Assembly (NCBI GenBank): GCA_964421125.1
Contig: CAYQVD010000001.1
Span: forward strand, 1-54,679
Source of the DNA: an uncultured Bdellovibrionales bacterium
Lineage (GTDB): Bacteria > Patescibacteriota > Minisyncoccia > Moranbacterales > DUUL01
Direction: 5' to 3'
DNA length: 54,679 nucleotides
In this document: piece after piece, positions 10,361-20,209 of the stretch
Layout: every line of letters starts with the position of its first letter
Numbering within the stretch: position 1 is the stretch's first letter
The notes under the pieces: generated by a model
Seen by the model: only the letters and a program-made list of their open reading frames with translations
Databases searched by the model: none
Told to the model about the DNA's origin: nothing
Made by a program: the position numbers and the translations under genes

Positions 10361-10395
10361 CGTAAGGACGCACGTAAGGACGTCCATCCTTACGT
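10361..10395. repeat. REP-like palindrome acgtaagga-cgtcca-tccttacgt with a partial tandem copy
   Basis: Same core as 126-163. Confidence 0.65.
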
Positions 10396-10484
10396 TCGTT
10401 AATTAGACCTGAGTCCTAAACTATCAAACCAACTGGCCAATTAATATTGATGAGAAAAATATTCAGCCCGTATTATTCCACTCA

Positions 10485-11261
10485 TTATTTAGTCAAAAGT
10501 TCAAATCCATTCTTTGTCACAGCCATTGTGTGTTCAAAGTGTGCTGAAAGCCCTCCTTCTTGGGTTTCGAAGGTGAAACCATCTGGTGCTAAAGAGATTT
10601 CACTACTCAACTCATTTACCATCGGTTCAAGTGCGATTACCATTCCTTCTTCAAACCTAACTCCCTTTCCTGGTTTTCCATAGCTTGGTATTTGAGGAGC
10701 CTCGTGAACTTCATAACCAACTCCATGCCCAACTAGTCCTCGCACAATGTGAAATTTCGTTGATGTAACATAATTTTCCACTGCATTACCAAAATTTCCC
10801 ACACAAGAACCATGATAAATTTGTTCTAAACCAATTTCAAGAGATTTTTTCGTAACATCAGAAATTCTCTGAGCAAGTTCACTGACTTTTCCAATTGAAA
10901 CCGTAATAGCAGAGTCCGTAAAAAGTCCTTTGTATTTAATTCCTAAATCTAACTTTAAAAGATCTCCTTCTTTAATAAATCGCTTCTCACTTGGCACACC
11001 ATGAACAATCTCGTTGTTTAATGAAATACAAACTGCACCAGGAAAACCATTTTCACCATCAGCCGCATAATTCAAGAAAGATGGCTCAGCTTTCCGCTTA
11101 GCAATTTCTGCTCTTGCAATTTCATCCAAAGTCTTCGTACTCAGTTCAGAATTCACAGCCTCCTGAGATTTTTCAGCTAAAATTCTCAAAGTATCAGACA
11201 AAATCTTTCCTCCCTCTCTCAAAAGTGCAATCTCCTTCTTACTTTTCTTACTTGGTTTCAT
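10485..11261 (-). CDS. map: Methionine aminopeptidase type I
   Basis: CISLNNEIVHGVP, DLG...DSA, GHGVG..VHEAP, EPM, SAHFEHT. Confidence 0.97.
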   Translation of the reverse strand: MKPSKKSKKEIALLREGGKILSDTLRILAEKSQEAVNSELSTKTLDEIARAEIAKRKAEPSFLNYAADGENGFPGAVCISLNNEIVHGVPSEKRFIKEGDLLKLDLGIKYKGLFTDSAITVSIGKVSELAQRISDVTKKSLEIGLEQIYHGSCVGNFGNAVENYVTSTKFHIVRGLVGHGVGYEVHEAPQIPSYGKPGKGVRFEEGMVIALEPMVNELSSEISLAPDGFTFETQEGGLSAHFEHTMAVTKNGFELLTK

Positions 11262-11481
11262 TTTATAAAAATCTTAAAAATTATACTCACTTATATTCAG
11301 ATTAGTTCTCAGAACCGTAAAAGTCAATAATTAATGGTTTAACTCCTATGCAGAAGCTCGAAGAGTGTAGAAGTGTAAACTTGACGCTGCAATGCTACAG
11401 AATTTGACAAATTACACTAAGGATGATACAAAATAATACTAAATGATGCACCTAAAAACCAATAAAAAAGGAGAGACAACA

Positions 11482-11835
11482 GTGAAAAAAATATTTTTAT
11501 TTGCCACCATTATTATTGCCTTGGGAGGACCTGTCGACTCTTCTGCTAAAAATAATGAGATTATAGTAATTTACTATAGTCATGATGCCTCCCTTCTTGG
11601 CAAAATCAGTTCTGGGATACCAGAAGCTGGTCAAAAAGAATTATCTATTGTAATGCCTTCTGCAACAACATTTGTTGTCATAGAAGTGGGTAATTACAAA
11701 AAAACGCACTCTATTAGAGAGGTAAGAAAAACGATACCGATAAAATCATCAATGTTCTTCGGCACCGTTTATTTAACTCATCATTCTAAGTCAAATACCA
11801 CAACCATAGCTTTTGCGCCATGGTTTCAATGGTAA
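11482..11835 (+). CDS. Hypothetical secreted protein
   Basis: GTG start after AAGGAG; signal-peptide-like N-terminus; followed by a hairpin and T-tract. Confidence 0.65.
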   Translation: MKKIFLFATIIIALGGPVDSSAKNNEIIVIYYSHDASLLGKISSGIPEAGQKELSIVMPSATTFVVIEVGNYKKTHSIREVRKTIPIKSSMFFGTVYLTHHSKSNTTTIAFAPWFQW

Positions 11836-12001
11836 TAAAAATCAACTCTTCTCCTACAAGTCCCCTGTCAAAAACCTTTGACATCGGACTTTTTTAAATT
11901 AAAAACAAATCTAAAAAATCCTCAATAAACCAAAATCAAACACAAAAAATAAGGAAATAATTATTTTTTTATCTTAAATAATCTAACTTAAAAAAATATT
12001 A

Positions 12002-12030
12002 TTGACATTTCTAAAATAATAAACTAAAAT
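12002..12030 (+). promoter_or_regulatory. Sigma70 promoter TTGACA-N17-TAAAAT
   Basis: Near-consensus hexamers with 17-nt spacing. Confidence 0.65.
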
Positions 12031-12058
12031 CAATCCAAGATTAACAATATAAAGTCCA

Positions 12059-12148
12059 AGGTCTCGTCGCCTGCAGAAGCTAATAACCGCTTCAAAAAGG
12101 AATAACCAGACCACATCCCCACCCTTTTGGTGGATTTGTTTGTTGTTT
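12059..12148 (+). ncRNA. Candidate structured RNA or leader upstream of rpsF
   Basis: GC-richer island after a promoter; ggtct/agacc closing stem, gaagc/gcttc hairpin, then cacc/ggtg hairpin and U-rich tail. Confidence 0.35.
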
Positions 12149-12153
12149 AATAA

Positions 12154-12312
12154 GATCCTATTTACAACCTCCATGTTCTACTGCAAGTTCCATATTTTAA
12201 CTGCAAATTATTCAAAGCTCGTCATAGTATCACCGATATTATTCCTCGCTTTTCACAATTTTCGTTAAAAATCTGAAACTTTCGTCACGAAAGAGAGGTT
12301 GTAAATAGGATC
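12154..12312. mobile_element. 159-bp element bounded by perfect 18-bp inverted repeats (IS relic or MITE)
   Basis: gatcctatttacaacctc (12154-12171) and gaggttgtaaataggatc (12295-12312). Confidence 0.6.
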
Positions 12313-12327
12313 CAAGTGCGTTATAAT
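12299..12327 (+). promoter_or_regulatory. Promoter for rpsF operon, TTGTAA-N17-TATAAT, with the -35 inside the right inverted repeat
   Basis: Consensus -10, 17-nt spacer, 22 nt upstream of the ATG. Confidence 0.6.
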
Positions 12328-12349
12328 CATAATAAATTAAAGTAACTAA

Positions 12350-13012
12350 ATGTTGTACGAAATCAACTATCTTGTGCTTCAATCAAAAACAGCTGATCTT
12401 GAAAAAATTCGAGGTGAGATGAAAAAAATTGTTGAATCATTTGATGCAAAAGTCACCGCAGAAAGAGAATACCTTAAAAGAAAACTTTCCTATGAAATCA
12501 CTCATGAACGATATGGATTTTTTACTGTTCTTCGATTTGAAATTAAAGACAATAATAAAATCCAAGAATTGAAAAAAAATCTTAATATCGATGAAAATGT
12601 TTCTCGATATATTATTGTTCGAGCCGATGAGCTCCCTTCTCTTGAAGAACACGCTAAAATAGAAGCAGATGTTCAAAGAAAAGATACGCTAAAACAAGAA
12701 GAAGTTGAACAAGCCTTAGCTAAAGAAGCTAAAAAAACTCCAGAAACTACTCCTGTAAAAGAAGAAGTTAAAAAAGAAGAGATTGAAGAGAAAGTAGCAG
12801 AAGAAAAAATTGTCAAAAAGAAAGAAGAAATTATTGAAGAAGAAGAGAAAGACGAAAAAGAGACCGGAAAAGAAATGATTAGAGAAAAAGGGAAAGAAGA
12901 GAAGAAAGAAAATGAGGAAACTAATGAAAAAGAAGATGATAAAAAAGACGAGGAGGGCAAAGTATCTCTAGATGAACTTGATAAAAAATTAGATGAAATC
13001 CTAAACCTTTAA
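12350..13012 (+). CDS. rpsF: 30S ribosomal protein S6 with long Glu/Lys-rich C-terminal extension
   Basis: YEINYLV, KRKLSYEI, RYIIVR; rpsF-ssb-rpsR synteny. Confidence 0.93.
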   Translation: MLYEINYLVLQSKTADLEKIRGEMKKIVESFDAKVTAEREYLKRKLSYEITHERYGFFTVLRFEIKDNNKIQELKKNLNIDENVSRYIIVRADELPSLEEHAKIEADVQRKDTLKQEEVEQALAKEAKKTPETTPVKEEVKKEEIEEKVAEEKIVKKKEEIIEEEEKDEKETGKEMIREKGKEEKKENEETNEKEDDKKDEEGKVSLDELDKKLDEILNL

Positions 13013-13050
13013 AAATTTCAAATAACTCTTAATTAAGTAAAATCAAAAAA

Positions 13051-13575
13051 ATGGATTTAAACAAAGCAATGCTTCTCGGAAGAATGACTCAAGACCCACA
13101 AGTTCGTTCAACAGCAAATGGACAAAACGTTGCCTCTTTTGGCGTTGCAACAAATCGTCGTTGGAAAGATCGAAACACTACTGAGATGAAGGAAGAAGTA
13201 CAATTCCATAACATCGTTGCTTGGGGAAAACTTGGTGACATCTGCTCGCAATACATGCATAAAGGAATGAAAATTCTTGTTGAAGGAAGAATTCAAAACA
13301 GATCATGGGATGATCAGCAAACTGGACAAAAGAAATATCGAACTGAAATTGTAGCTGATAATATTATTATGCTTGACTCTAAGGGAGGCGGATCGCAACA
13401 AGAAGGAGGAAACTCTTTTAATAACCAAGGAGGACAAACTACTCCTATTTCTCCATTAGCACCGCAACCAAATCAAAGTCAAAATGAAATAAATATTCCA
13501 TCTGCAGAACAAATTCCAACCATTAATATCGACGACGACAAGGAAGAAATTAAAATAGAAGACATTCCATTTTAA
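13051..13575 (+). CDS. ssb: Single-stranded DNA-binding protein
   Basis: LNKAMLLGR..DP, VEGRIQNRSW, C-terminal DIPF. Confidence 0.97.
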   Translation: MDLNKAMLLGRMTQDPQVRSTANGQNVASFGVATNRRWKDRNTTEMKEEVQFHNIVAWGKLGDICSQYMHKGMKILVEGRIQNRSWDDQQTGQKKYRTEIVADNIIMLDSKGGGSQQEGGNSFNNQGGQTTPISPLAPQPNQSQNEINIPSAEQIPTINIDDDKEEIKIEDIPF

Positions 13576-13607
13576 TTCAAGAAAATTATAAGTAAACTGA
13601 AAACCAT

Positions 13608-13856
13608 ATGAAACCAATGCGACATCACCATTCACCAGCAAGTCAATTAAGTCAACCAAAAACATGTCATTTCTGTTCAAATAACATTGACGTCGTTGAC
13701 TACAAAGATGTTATTCTACTAAGAAAATTCATCAACACTGCTGGAAAAATTATTCCAAGAAAAAGAAGTAACACTTGTTCGAAACATCAAAGAATGGTTT
13801 CCAATGCAATTAAACGAGCTCGAATAATCGCTCTTTTGCCTTTCGTAGCTAGATAA
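13608..13856 (+). CDS. rpsR: 30S ribosomal protein S18
   Basis: [33 protein letters not shown]. Confidence 0.96.
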   Translation: MKPMRHHHSPASQLSQPKTCHFCSNNIDVVDYKDVILLRKFINTAGKIIPRKRSNTCSKHQRMVSNAIKRARIIALLPFVAR

Positions 13857-13866
13857 AATAAACTTC

Positions 13867-14427
13867 ATGCTATCAATAAATGAAATTAAATCTGGGTCAC
13901 AGATTATTGTTAATAATGATCCCTATACCATCTTAAATGTTCAACACTCTAAAATGGGAAGAGCTGGAGCTGTCTTACGAACTAAGATGAAAAACTTAAA
14001 GACAGGTAATATTCTTAATAAAACATTTCAAGGAGCAGAAAAAGTTGAGAAAGCAGATATCGAAGAAAAAAAGGGCCAATACCTCTATGGTGATGGCTCT
14101 AATTTCTTTTTTATGGACAATGACAACTATGAACAATTTGAAATTCCGACCGAAGTGATTGGAGAACAATCAAAATTTCTAAAAGAAGAAACTGAAATAG
14201 GAATCATCTATTTCAAAGAGACTCCTATTAATATCAAACTTCCGATAAAAATGAACTTCAAAGTAACGGAAGCTCCTCCTGCTATCAAGGGAAATACTGC
14301 TGACGGTGGATCAAAACAAGTAACTCTTGAAAATGGAATCACAGTAAATACCCCTCTCTTTATTAAAGAAGGAGATGAAATTAGAGTCAACACAGAAACT
14401 GGCGAATATGCAGAGCGTGTTAAATAA
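13867..14427 (+). CDS. efp: Elongation factor P
   Basis: KMGRAGA loop, YLY.DG, MDNDNYEQ, KGNTA, PLFIKEGD, TGEY.ER. Confidence 0.96.
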   Translation: MLSINEIKSGSQIIVNNDPYTILNVQHSKMGRAGAVLRTKMKNLKTGNILNKTFQGAEKVEKADIEEKKGQYLYGDGSNFFFMDNDNYEQFEIPTEVIGEQSKFLKEETEIGIIYFKETPINIKLPIKMNFKVTEAPPAIKGNTADGGSKQVTLENGITVNTPLFIKEGDEIRVNTETGEYAERVK

Positions 14428-14438
14428 GATAATTTTAT

Positions 14439-14512
14439 TGGTCGGGGCACTGAGAATCGAACTCAGACTATACGCTCCCAAAGCGCACGTACTACCATTA
14501 TACGATGCCCCG
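14439..14512 (-). tRNA. trnP: tRNA-Pro(TGG), CCA encoded
   Basis: cggggca/tgccccg acceptor, tgcgc-tttggga-gcgta anticodon arm, ttcgatt T-loop, ends ACCA. Confidence 0.95.
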
Positions 14513-14568
14513 AAATACCTTTTCAATATTATATCATTTTCATAAAAAGTCAATTCAAAACAAAATTT

Positions 14569-15168
14569 ATGCAAAACAAAAAATTTTACCAGAATCAAAG
14601 TCCCGGTCAACAAAAAGAAAAAAATCAAAAAATTGAAAAGCTTTTCAAGCCAGACGAGGTAATTAAAAAAGCCGCCATTAAACCTGTAATTAAAAAAAAT
14701 TCACGAACAAAATTAAATGAGATTTATTCATGGGAAGCAAAAGAATTTGAGAAACTTAATCGTCACCCAAACTGGTATCTTTATTTTTATATTGTTTTGT
14801 TTGCTATCAGCATTTATTCTCTTTTTGTAAACAACCTTCTCTTTGCAATTTTAATTATTTTATTTGGATTGCTTTTTTATATTTTTGAAAAACGTCAACC
14901 TAATATTTATTCTTTTGGCATAACCAAGGAAGGAGTTTTTGCCCAAGACAATCTTCATCCTTTTTCTTCAATTGAAAGTTTCTGGATCTTCTATGAGCCT
15001 GGCGGGCTCAAAGAGCTTTCATTAAAAAATAAGCATCATATTATTCCCTATACTCAAATTCCAATTGGAAAAGCCGATCCTTCAAAAATCAGAGAAATTT
15101 TAATCAATTTTATCCCCGAAGAAGAACGTGAGCAAACCATTTTTGATTATATCGAAAGATTCTTTTAA
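14569..15168 (+). CDS. Hypothetical membrane protein (two TM helices plus soluble domain)
   Basis: Long ORF, hydrophobic hairpin, 'IESFWIFYEP'. Confidence 0.75.
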   Translation: MQNKKFYQNQSPGQQKEKNQKIEKLFKPDEVIKKAAIKPVIKKNSRTKLNEIYSWEAKEFEKLNRHPNWYLYFYIVLFAISIYSLFVNNLLFAILIILFGLLFYIFEKRQPNIYSFGITKEGVFAQDNLHPFSSIESFWIFYEPGGLKELSLKNKHHIIPYTQIPIGKADPSKIREILINFIPEEEREQTIFDYIERFF

Positions 15169-15194
15169 CTTTCACAACTAAGCGCACTCTTTCA

Positions 15195-15220
15195 AAAAAT
15201 CCACATTGAGTGGATTTTTT
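15195..15220 (+). terminator. Intrinsic terminator
   Basis: aaaaatccac-attga-gtggatttttt. Confidence 0.7.
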
Positions 15221-15341
15221 ATATTACAATAGCATTCCACTTTAATTCATGATAATATAGAAAAATAAAAAATATCTCAAAGAAAAATCTTATCTTCTAA
15301 TTACTGAAAAATAATCAGTACCCTGAAAATGAGAAAAAACT

Positions 15342-17474
15342 ATGCTTAACCTTAACGACCCAATAACAATTCTTCCAAAAATTCCTAAAAGGTTTTTACC
15401 AAAACTAAAAACCTTAGGAATTAAAACTATTGGTGATTTACTTTATCACTTCCCTTTTCGTTATGAAGATTTTTCTTTGACTAAAAAAATAGCAGAAACA
15501 ATTTTAGGAGAAACTGTGACAGTTTCAGGAAAAATTTCAAAAATAAAAAGTATTCGAAGCTGGAAAAGAAAAATGTTGATCACTGAGGCTTTTGTTAAAG
15601 ATGAGACTGGTGAAATTAAAGCTGTTTGGTTCAACAATCCCCTTCCATTGAGATTTCTTGGGGAAGGAAAATATGTCCGTCTTAGTGGAAAAATTTCCGC
15701 TGACAAAAAAGGAGTTGTCTGTTTTCAACATCCAAATTTTGAAATGATAACCAAGGCAATTTTTGAGAATGAAAAATCAACCATTTCAATTCCGGAAACG
15801 AAAAATCTCAGCACTGGAATTCTCGCACCGGTCTATCCAGAAACTCAAGGAATCACCAGTTACTGGTTTCGAAAAACAATCCGCCAAACAATCCGCAACA
15901 TTCGAGTTATTGATTTCATTCCAAAAGACATTCTTAAATCCCAAAAATTAGATGGAATTAAAAAGTCCTTAGAAAAGATTCATTTTCCTCAAAACTTAAA
16001 AGAAAGTGAAGTCGCCAGAAAAAGATTTGCCTTTGAAAAAATGTTTCTCATTCAAATCAAGGCTCTTCAAATCAAAAAAGACTGGGAAAGCGAAAAAGCT
16101 ACTAAGATTAAATTTAAAGAAAAAGAAATTCAAAATTTTGTAAAAAGTCTTCCTTTTCAATTAACTAATGCTCAAAAAAAATCGGCGTGGCAAATCATCA
16201 AAGACCTCGAAAAAAACCAACCGATGAATCGTTTACTAGAAGGAGATGTAGGAAGTGGCAAAACAGTCGTCGCAACCCTTGCCTGCCTTTCTGTAGCACT
16301 CAATAAAAAACAATCAGCTATTCTTGCACCTACTGAAGTTCTAGCAATTCAGCATCATCAAGGAATCCAAGCATTTTTCAAAAACTATCCAGAAATAAAA
16401 GTTGGGATATTAACCGCTTCTCGATGTATGATTAATAACAATGAAATTACCAGAAAAGACTTCTTAAAAAAACTAGGCGACAATGAAATTTCTGTTCTAA
16501 TTGGAACACATGCTATTCTACGAGATGAAATAAAATTTAAAAAACTAAGTCTAGCTATTATCGACGAACAACATCGTTTTGGAGTCAATCAACGCTCCTT
16601 TCTTCAAAAACAAACGCTTGAAATTTCCGACGGATCCAAAAAATCAATCCCCCATCTTTTGACAATGACTGCCACCCCAATTCCTCGAACTCTCTCTCTT
16701 GCTATTTTCGGCAATCTTGATCTTTCAATTATTGATGAATACCCGAAAGGTAAGAAAAAAATCATTACGAACGTCATTACGCCGAATGAACGTGAAAAAG
16801 TTTATAATTTTATTAAAGAAGAAGTCAGAGGAGGAAAACAAGTTTTTGTAATCTGTCCGCTTGTCGAAGAATCATCAAAAATATCTGAAGTAAAATCTGC
16901 CACAGAAGAACACAAAACTCTTCAAGAAAAAGTTTTCCCTGATTTCAGAATTGGACTTCTCCACGGAAAAATGAAACCAAAAGAAAAAAACCAGATAATG
17001 GCTGACTTCAAAGAAAAAAACTATGATATTCTTGTTTCAACTTCTGTTATTGAAGTCGGAATCGATATTCCTAATGCAACGGTTATGATGATTGAAGGAG
17101 CGGAAAGATTTGGACTTGCTCAACTTCATCAATTCAGAGGACGTGTTGGACGAGGAAAAAATCAATCCTATTGTTTTCTTTTTGCATCTCAAAATATTCA
17201 AGGATCACCCAGTCGTCTTCGATCAATGGAAAAAACTAACAATGGTTTCAAAATTGCTGAAGCAGACCTGAAACTCCGTGGACCAGGACAATTTCTTGGT
17301 ACTCTCCAGTCTGGTATTCCTGATGTAACAATGGAATCCCTCTCTGATATCAAACTAATCCAGGCTACTCGAACTGAAGCCCAAAGAATTCTTGATTTCG
17401 ATCCAGAATTTAAAAAACTTCCTCTTTTAAAAAAGGAAGTTGAAAAACTCCAAGATAAACTCCACCTTGAATAA
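15342..17474 (+). CDS. recG: ATP-dependent DNA helicase RecG
   Basis: LLYHFPFRYED wedge, GDVGSGKT, DEQH, TATPIPRT, QFRGRVGRG, DLKLRGPG. Confidence 0.97.
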   Translation: MLNLNDPITILPKIPKRFLPKLKTLGIKTIGDLLYHFPFRYEDFSLTKKIAETILGETVTVSGKISKIKSIRSWKRKMLITEAFVKDETGEIKAVWFNNPLPLRFLGEGKYVRLSGKISADKKGVVCFQHPNFEMITKAIFENEKSTISIPETKNLSTGILAPVYPETQGITSYWFRKTIRQTIRNIRVIDFIPKDILKSQKLDGIKKSLEKIHFPQNLKESEVARKRFAFEKMFLIQIKALQIKKDWESEKATKIKFKEKEIQNFVKSLPFQLTNAQKKSAWQIIKDLEKNQPMNRLLEGDVGSGKTVVATLACLSVALNKKQSAILAPTEVLAIQHHQGIQAFFKNYPEIKVGILTASRCMINNNEITRKDFLKKLGDNEISVLIGTHAILRDEIKFKKLSLAIIDEQHRFGVNQRSFLQKQTLEISDGSKKSIPHLLTMTATPIPRTLSLAIFGNLDLSIIDEYPKGKKKIITNVITPNEREKVYNFIKEEVRGGKQVFVICPLVEESSKISEVKSATEEHKTLQEKVFPDFRIGLLHGKMKPKEKNQIMADFKEKNYDILVSTSVIEVGIDIPNATVMMIEGAERFGLAQLHQFRGRVGRGKNQSYCFLFASQNIQGSPSRLRSMEKTNNGFKIAEADLKLRGPGQFLGTLQSGIPDVTMESLSDIKLIQATRTEAQRILDFDPEFKKLPLLKKEVEKLQDKLHLE

Positions 17475-18629
17475 TTATTTTTCTTTCTGATATTCAGCTA
17501 TTATTTTTTCATAAGCCTTAACTAATTTTTTAGCCTTATTCTTATAATCATATTCAAAGGCTTCTTTCCGAGCTTTTTGCGATATTTTTGCAAAAAGCTC
17601 TTTGTCTTCTAGAAGCTCTTTTGCTTTTTGATAAAATTCCTCGACATCTTCATTAAGCAAATAACCAGTTTCTTTGTCTTTAACAATATCAACCGTTCCA
17701 GTGGCATTAATTGCCAAAACCAACATCCCCGAAGCCATGGCTTCAAGTGCAACAAGGCCTTGAGTTTCCGACTTAGAAGGTTGAATCAAAATATCTCCAG
17801 CTGAATAATAGTTTTGTACTTCCTCTTGAGGAACAAGTCCTGTTATTATAACTTTATCTTGAAGGTTTTCTTTTTCAACAAATTTTTTAATATTTTCCAT
17901 CTCGCTTCCATCTCCTACTAACATGAATTTAGCCTTCTCAAATCTTTTTGAAAAAACTTTTATTGTCTTTAAAAGAAATTCAATATTTTTTTCCTTCTCC
18001 ATCCTCCCAAGCCACCAGAAACAAATTTCATCAGACTTAATCCCAAATCTTTTTCTGGTTCCCTCTCTTCTCCCATTTTGAAATCTATCCCAATCAATTC
18101 CAGTTGAAATTATCTCGATTGGTGTGTTCACTTCCTGGTTTTTTAAAATATCTTTAATGTCATGAGTTGGCGCAATCACACAATCAACTAAATTAGCAAA
18201 TTTTTTTACTGAATTGGTTACATATTTTTTCACAAAAGATTGAAAAAATGGAACGTAATGAGTGTAGTCCTCATATCGACAATGATAAGTAAAAAAAACT
18301 GGAACATCATTTCTTCTCCCATGTTTCAATGCCTCATATCCGATTGCAAAAGGTTGATGGGTATGAATTATATCAAAATCGAGCTCATCAACTTTCTTAG
18401 CAATTTTTGGTGAATAAGGAATAGGTAATGGATATTTAATCTTATAACCATACATTATGCTCGGATAAAAAAAAGCTTTATCATTTTTTAAATCATAACC
18501 ATGAAATTTTGGAGTAAAAATATATACTTCATGACCAAGCTCCTCTAATCCTTTACGAAAATACTCAACAGAAACAGAGGATCCAAATGTGTTTGGTAAA
18601 TACGTATTAACGAAGAAAGCTATTTTCAT
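17475..18629 (-). CDS. GT4 glycosyltransferase (DGDG/MGDG-synthase-like)
   Basis: MKIAFFVNTYLP, GRMEKEKN, SETQGLVALEAMASG. Confidence 0.9.
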   Translation of the reverse strand: MKIAFFVNTYLPNTFGSSVSVEYFRKGLEELGHEVYIFTPKFHGYDLKNDKAFFYPSIMYGYKIKYPLPIPYSPKIAKKVDELDFDIIHTHQPFAIGYEALKHGRRNDVPVFFTYHCRYEDYTHYVPFFQSFVKKYVTNSVKKFANLVDCVIAPTHDIKDILKNQEVNTPIEIISTGIDWDRFQNGRREGTRKRFGIKSDEICFWWLGRMEKEKNIEFLLKTIKVFSKRFEKAKFMLVGDGSEMENIKKFVEKENLQDKVIITGLVPQEEVQNYYSAGDILIQPSKSETQGLVALEAMASGMLVLAINATGTVDIVKDKETGYLLNEDVEEFYQKAKELLEDKELFAKISQKARKEAFEYDYKNKAKKLVKAYEKIIAEYQKEK

Positions 18630-18639
18630 TTTTTTGTTT

Positions 18640-19401
18640 TTACTTTTTATCTTCGAGTTCTAAAAGAAAATTGTGAATAACTGAAAAAAAATCTTTTGTT
18701 TCTTCTTTTGTTAAAGTATGGCTATCATACTTCGATTGGATCCATTGTAATTTCTTTATTTTTGATTTTAATCTATTAAATATGATCCACGGTGAATATT
18801 TAGTAACTAAATAATCACTATTAGTTTGAACTATTAACACAGGCACTGTCACTTTATTAAGATTCATAGCAGATTTTCTAATTGCCCATAAACACTCCTT
18901 CACACTTCTTAAGGGAAAATACTTATAAGAATGATTCGATGGAACTACAGTCCCTGTTTTTTTAGGATAATTTTTATATACATATTTTTTAAATAAAAAA
19001 GGTCCCAATCTTGATCCGATCCATGCCCAAAAATGACTTTTAATATGAACTGGAGTACCCATTAAAAGAACTCCGTCAATTTTTCTTTCAAGACTCGATA
19101 ATAATGATAAATTCCCGCCAAGAGAAATACCTCCCACAAAAATCTGTTCAAGCTCATAATTATTTTCTACAAAATCAATAGTTTTAACTACATCATTAAG
19201 CCAAACTTGCCACTTCATTCGTTCTATATCTTCTGGTTTAGTTCCATGACCAGAAAGCAATGGAATAAAAATCCAATAACCAACCTCATTTAACATTCTG
19301 GCTAAATCATCAAACTGTCGTGGATTAGCAGTCCATCCGTGGATCAAAATAATACCTGCTTTCTTCTTCCCTTCTAAAACTTTTACTTTCTCAAAAGCCA
19401 T
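18640..19401 (-). CDS. Alpha/beta-fold carboxylesterase
   Basis: IHGWT, GHGT, GISLGG nucleophile elbow, distal D and H. Confidence 0.88.
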   Translation of the reverse strand: MAFEKVKVLEGKKKAGIILIHGWTANPRQFDDLARMLNEVGYWIFIPLLSGHGTKPEDIERMKWQVWLNDVVKTIDFVENNYELEQIFVGGISLGGNLSLLSSLERKIDGVLLMGTPVHIKSHFWAWIGSRLGPFLFKKYVYKNYPKKTGTVVPSNHSYKYFPLRSVKECLWAIRKSAMNLNKVTVPVLIVQTNSDYLVTKYSPWIIFNRLKSKIKKLQWIQSKYDSHTLTKEETKDFFSVIHNFLLELEDKK

Positions 19402-19539
19402 AAATATATTTCAGTACATTAGTCTAAAAACCTAACTTAATTCTAGTTCATAAAACTTAAAATGTAAATCTCTATTGGACAAATACTGCTTAAAATGATA
19501 CCCTACTAAAGTATTAACGTAAAAAATAAATGCTCAATT

Positions 19540-20202
19540 ATGAATATAACTTGGTATGGTCAGTCTTGTTTTAAAATTCAAACAAAGGCACAAAGAGGAG
19601 GAAAAGAAACAACAATAATTACTGACCCGTTTGATAAATCATATGGACTTCGTCCACCACAAGGAAATGCTAATATTGTCATAGTAAGTCACACACAACA
19701 CAATGATCACAATAATACTAAGATAATTAAAGGAGATCCCTTTATTATTGATGCTTCAGGTGAATACTCGATTGAAGGAACTCAAATTGAAGGAATTGAA
19801 TCCTTTCATGATAAGGTTAAAGGAGCAGAGAGAGGACGAAATACTATTTTCACAATCGACAGCGAAGGAATAAAAATTTGTCACCTAGGAGACCTTGGTC
19901 ATATTCTCGAAGAAAATCAAGTAGAAGCAATTGGAGAGGTTGATATTTTAATGATTCCAGTTGGAGGAACGTTCACTTTAAACTCAAAAGAAGCAGAAGA
20001 AGTTGTTAGTCAGCTTGAGCCAAAAATAATCATCCCAATGCATTTTAAAGTTGAAGGATTAACATTGGAGCTAGACGATGCTGATAAATTTTGCAAAGAA
20101 TATGGAGGCAAAACAGAAAAAGGCATTACAAAATTAAATATCAAAAAAAAGGAATTGGATGAAATAGAAACCAAAGTGATTGTAATGGAAATAAATAAAT
20201 AG
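19540..20202 (+). CDS. MBL-fold metallo-hydrolase
   Basis: WYGQSCF, SHTQHNDHN, HLGDLG, IPVGG, IPMH. Confidence 0.9.
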   Translation: MNITWYGQSCFKIQTKAQRGGKETTIITDPFDKSYGLRPPQGNANIVIVSHTQHNDHNNTKIIKGDPFIIDASGEYSIEGTQIEGIESFHDKVKGAERGRNTIFTIDSEGIKICHLGDLGHILEENQVEAIGEVDILMIPVGGTFTLNSKEAEEVVSQLEPKIIIPMHFKVEGLTLELDDADKFCKEYGGKTEKGITKLNIKKKELDEIETKVIVMEINK

Positions 20203-20209
20203 AAATCAA

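Noticed and set aside
11983-12174. 63-aa minus-strand ORF
   Set aside because: Runs across a promoter, a structured region and an IR; no recognisable motif
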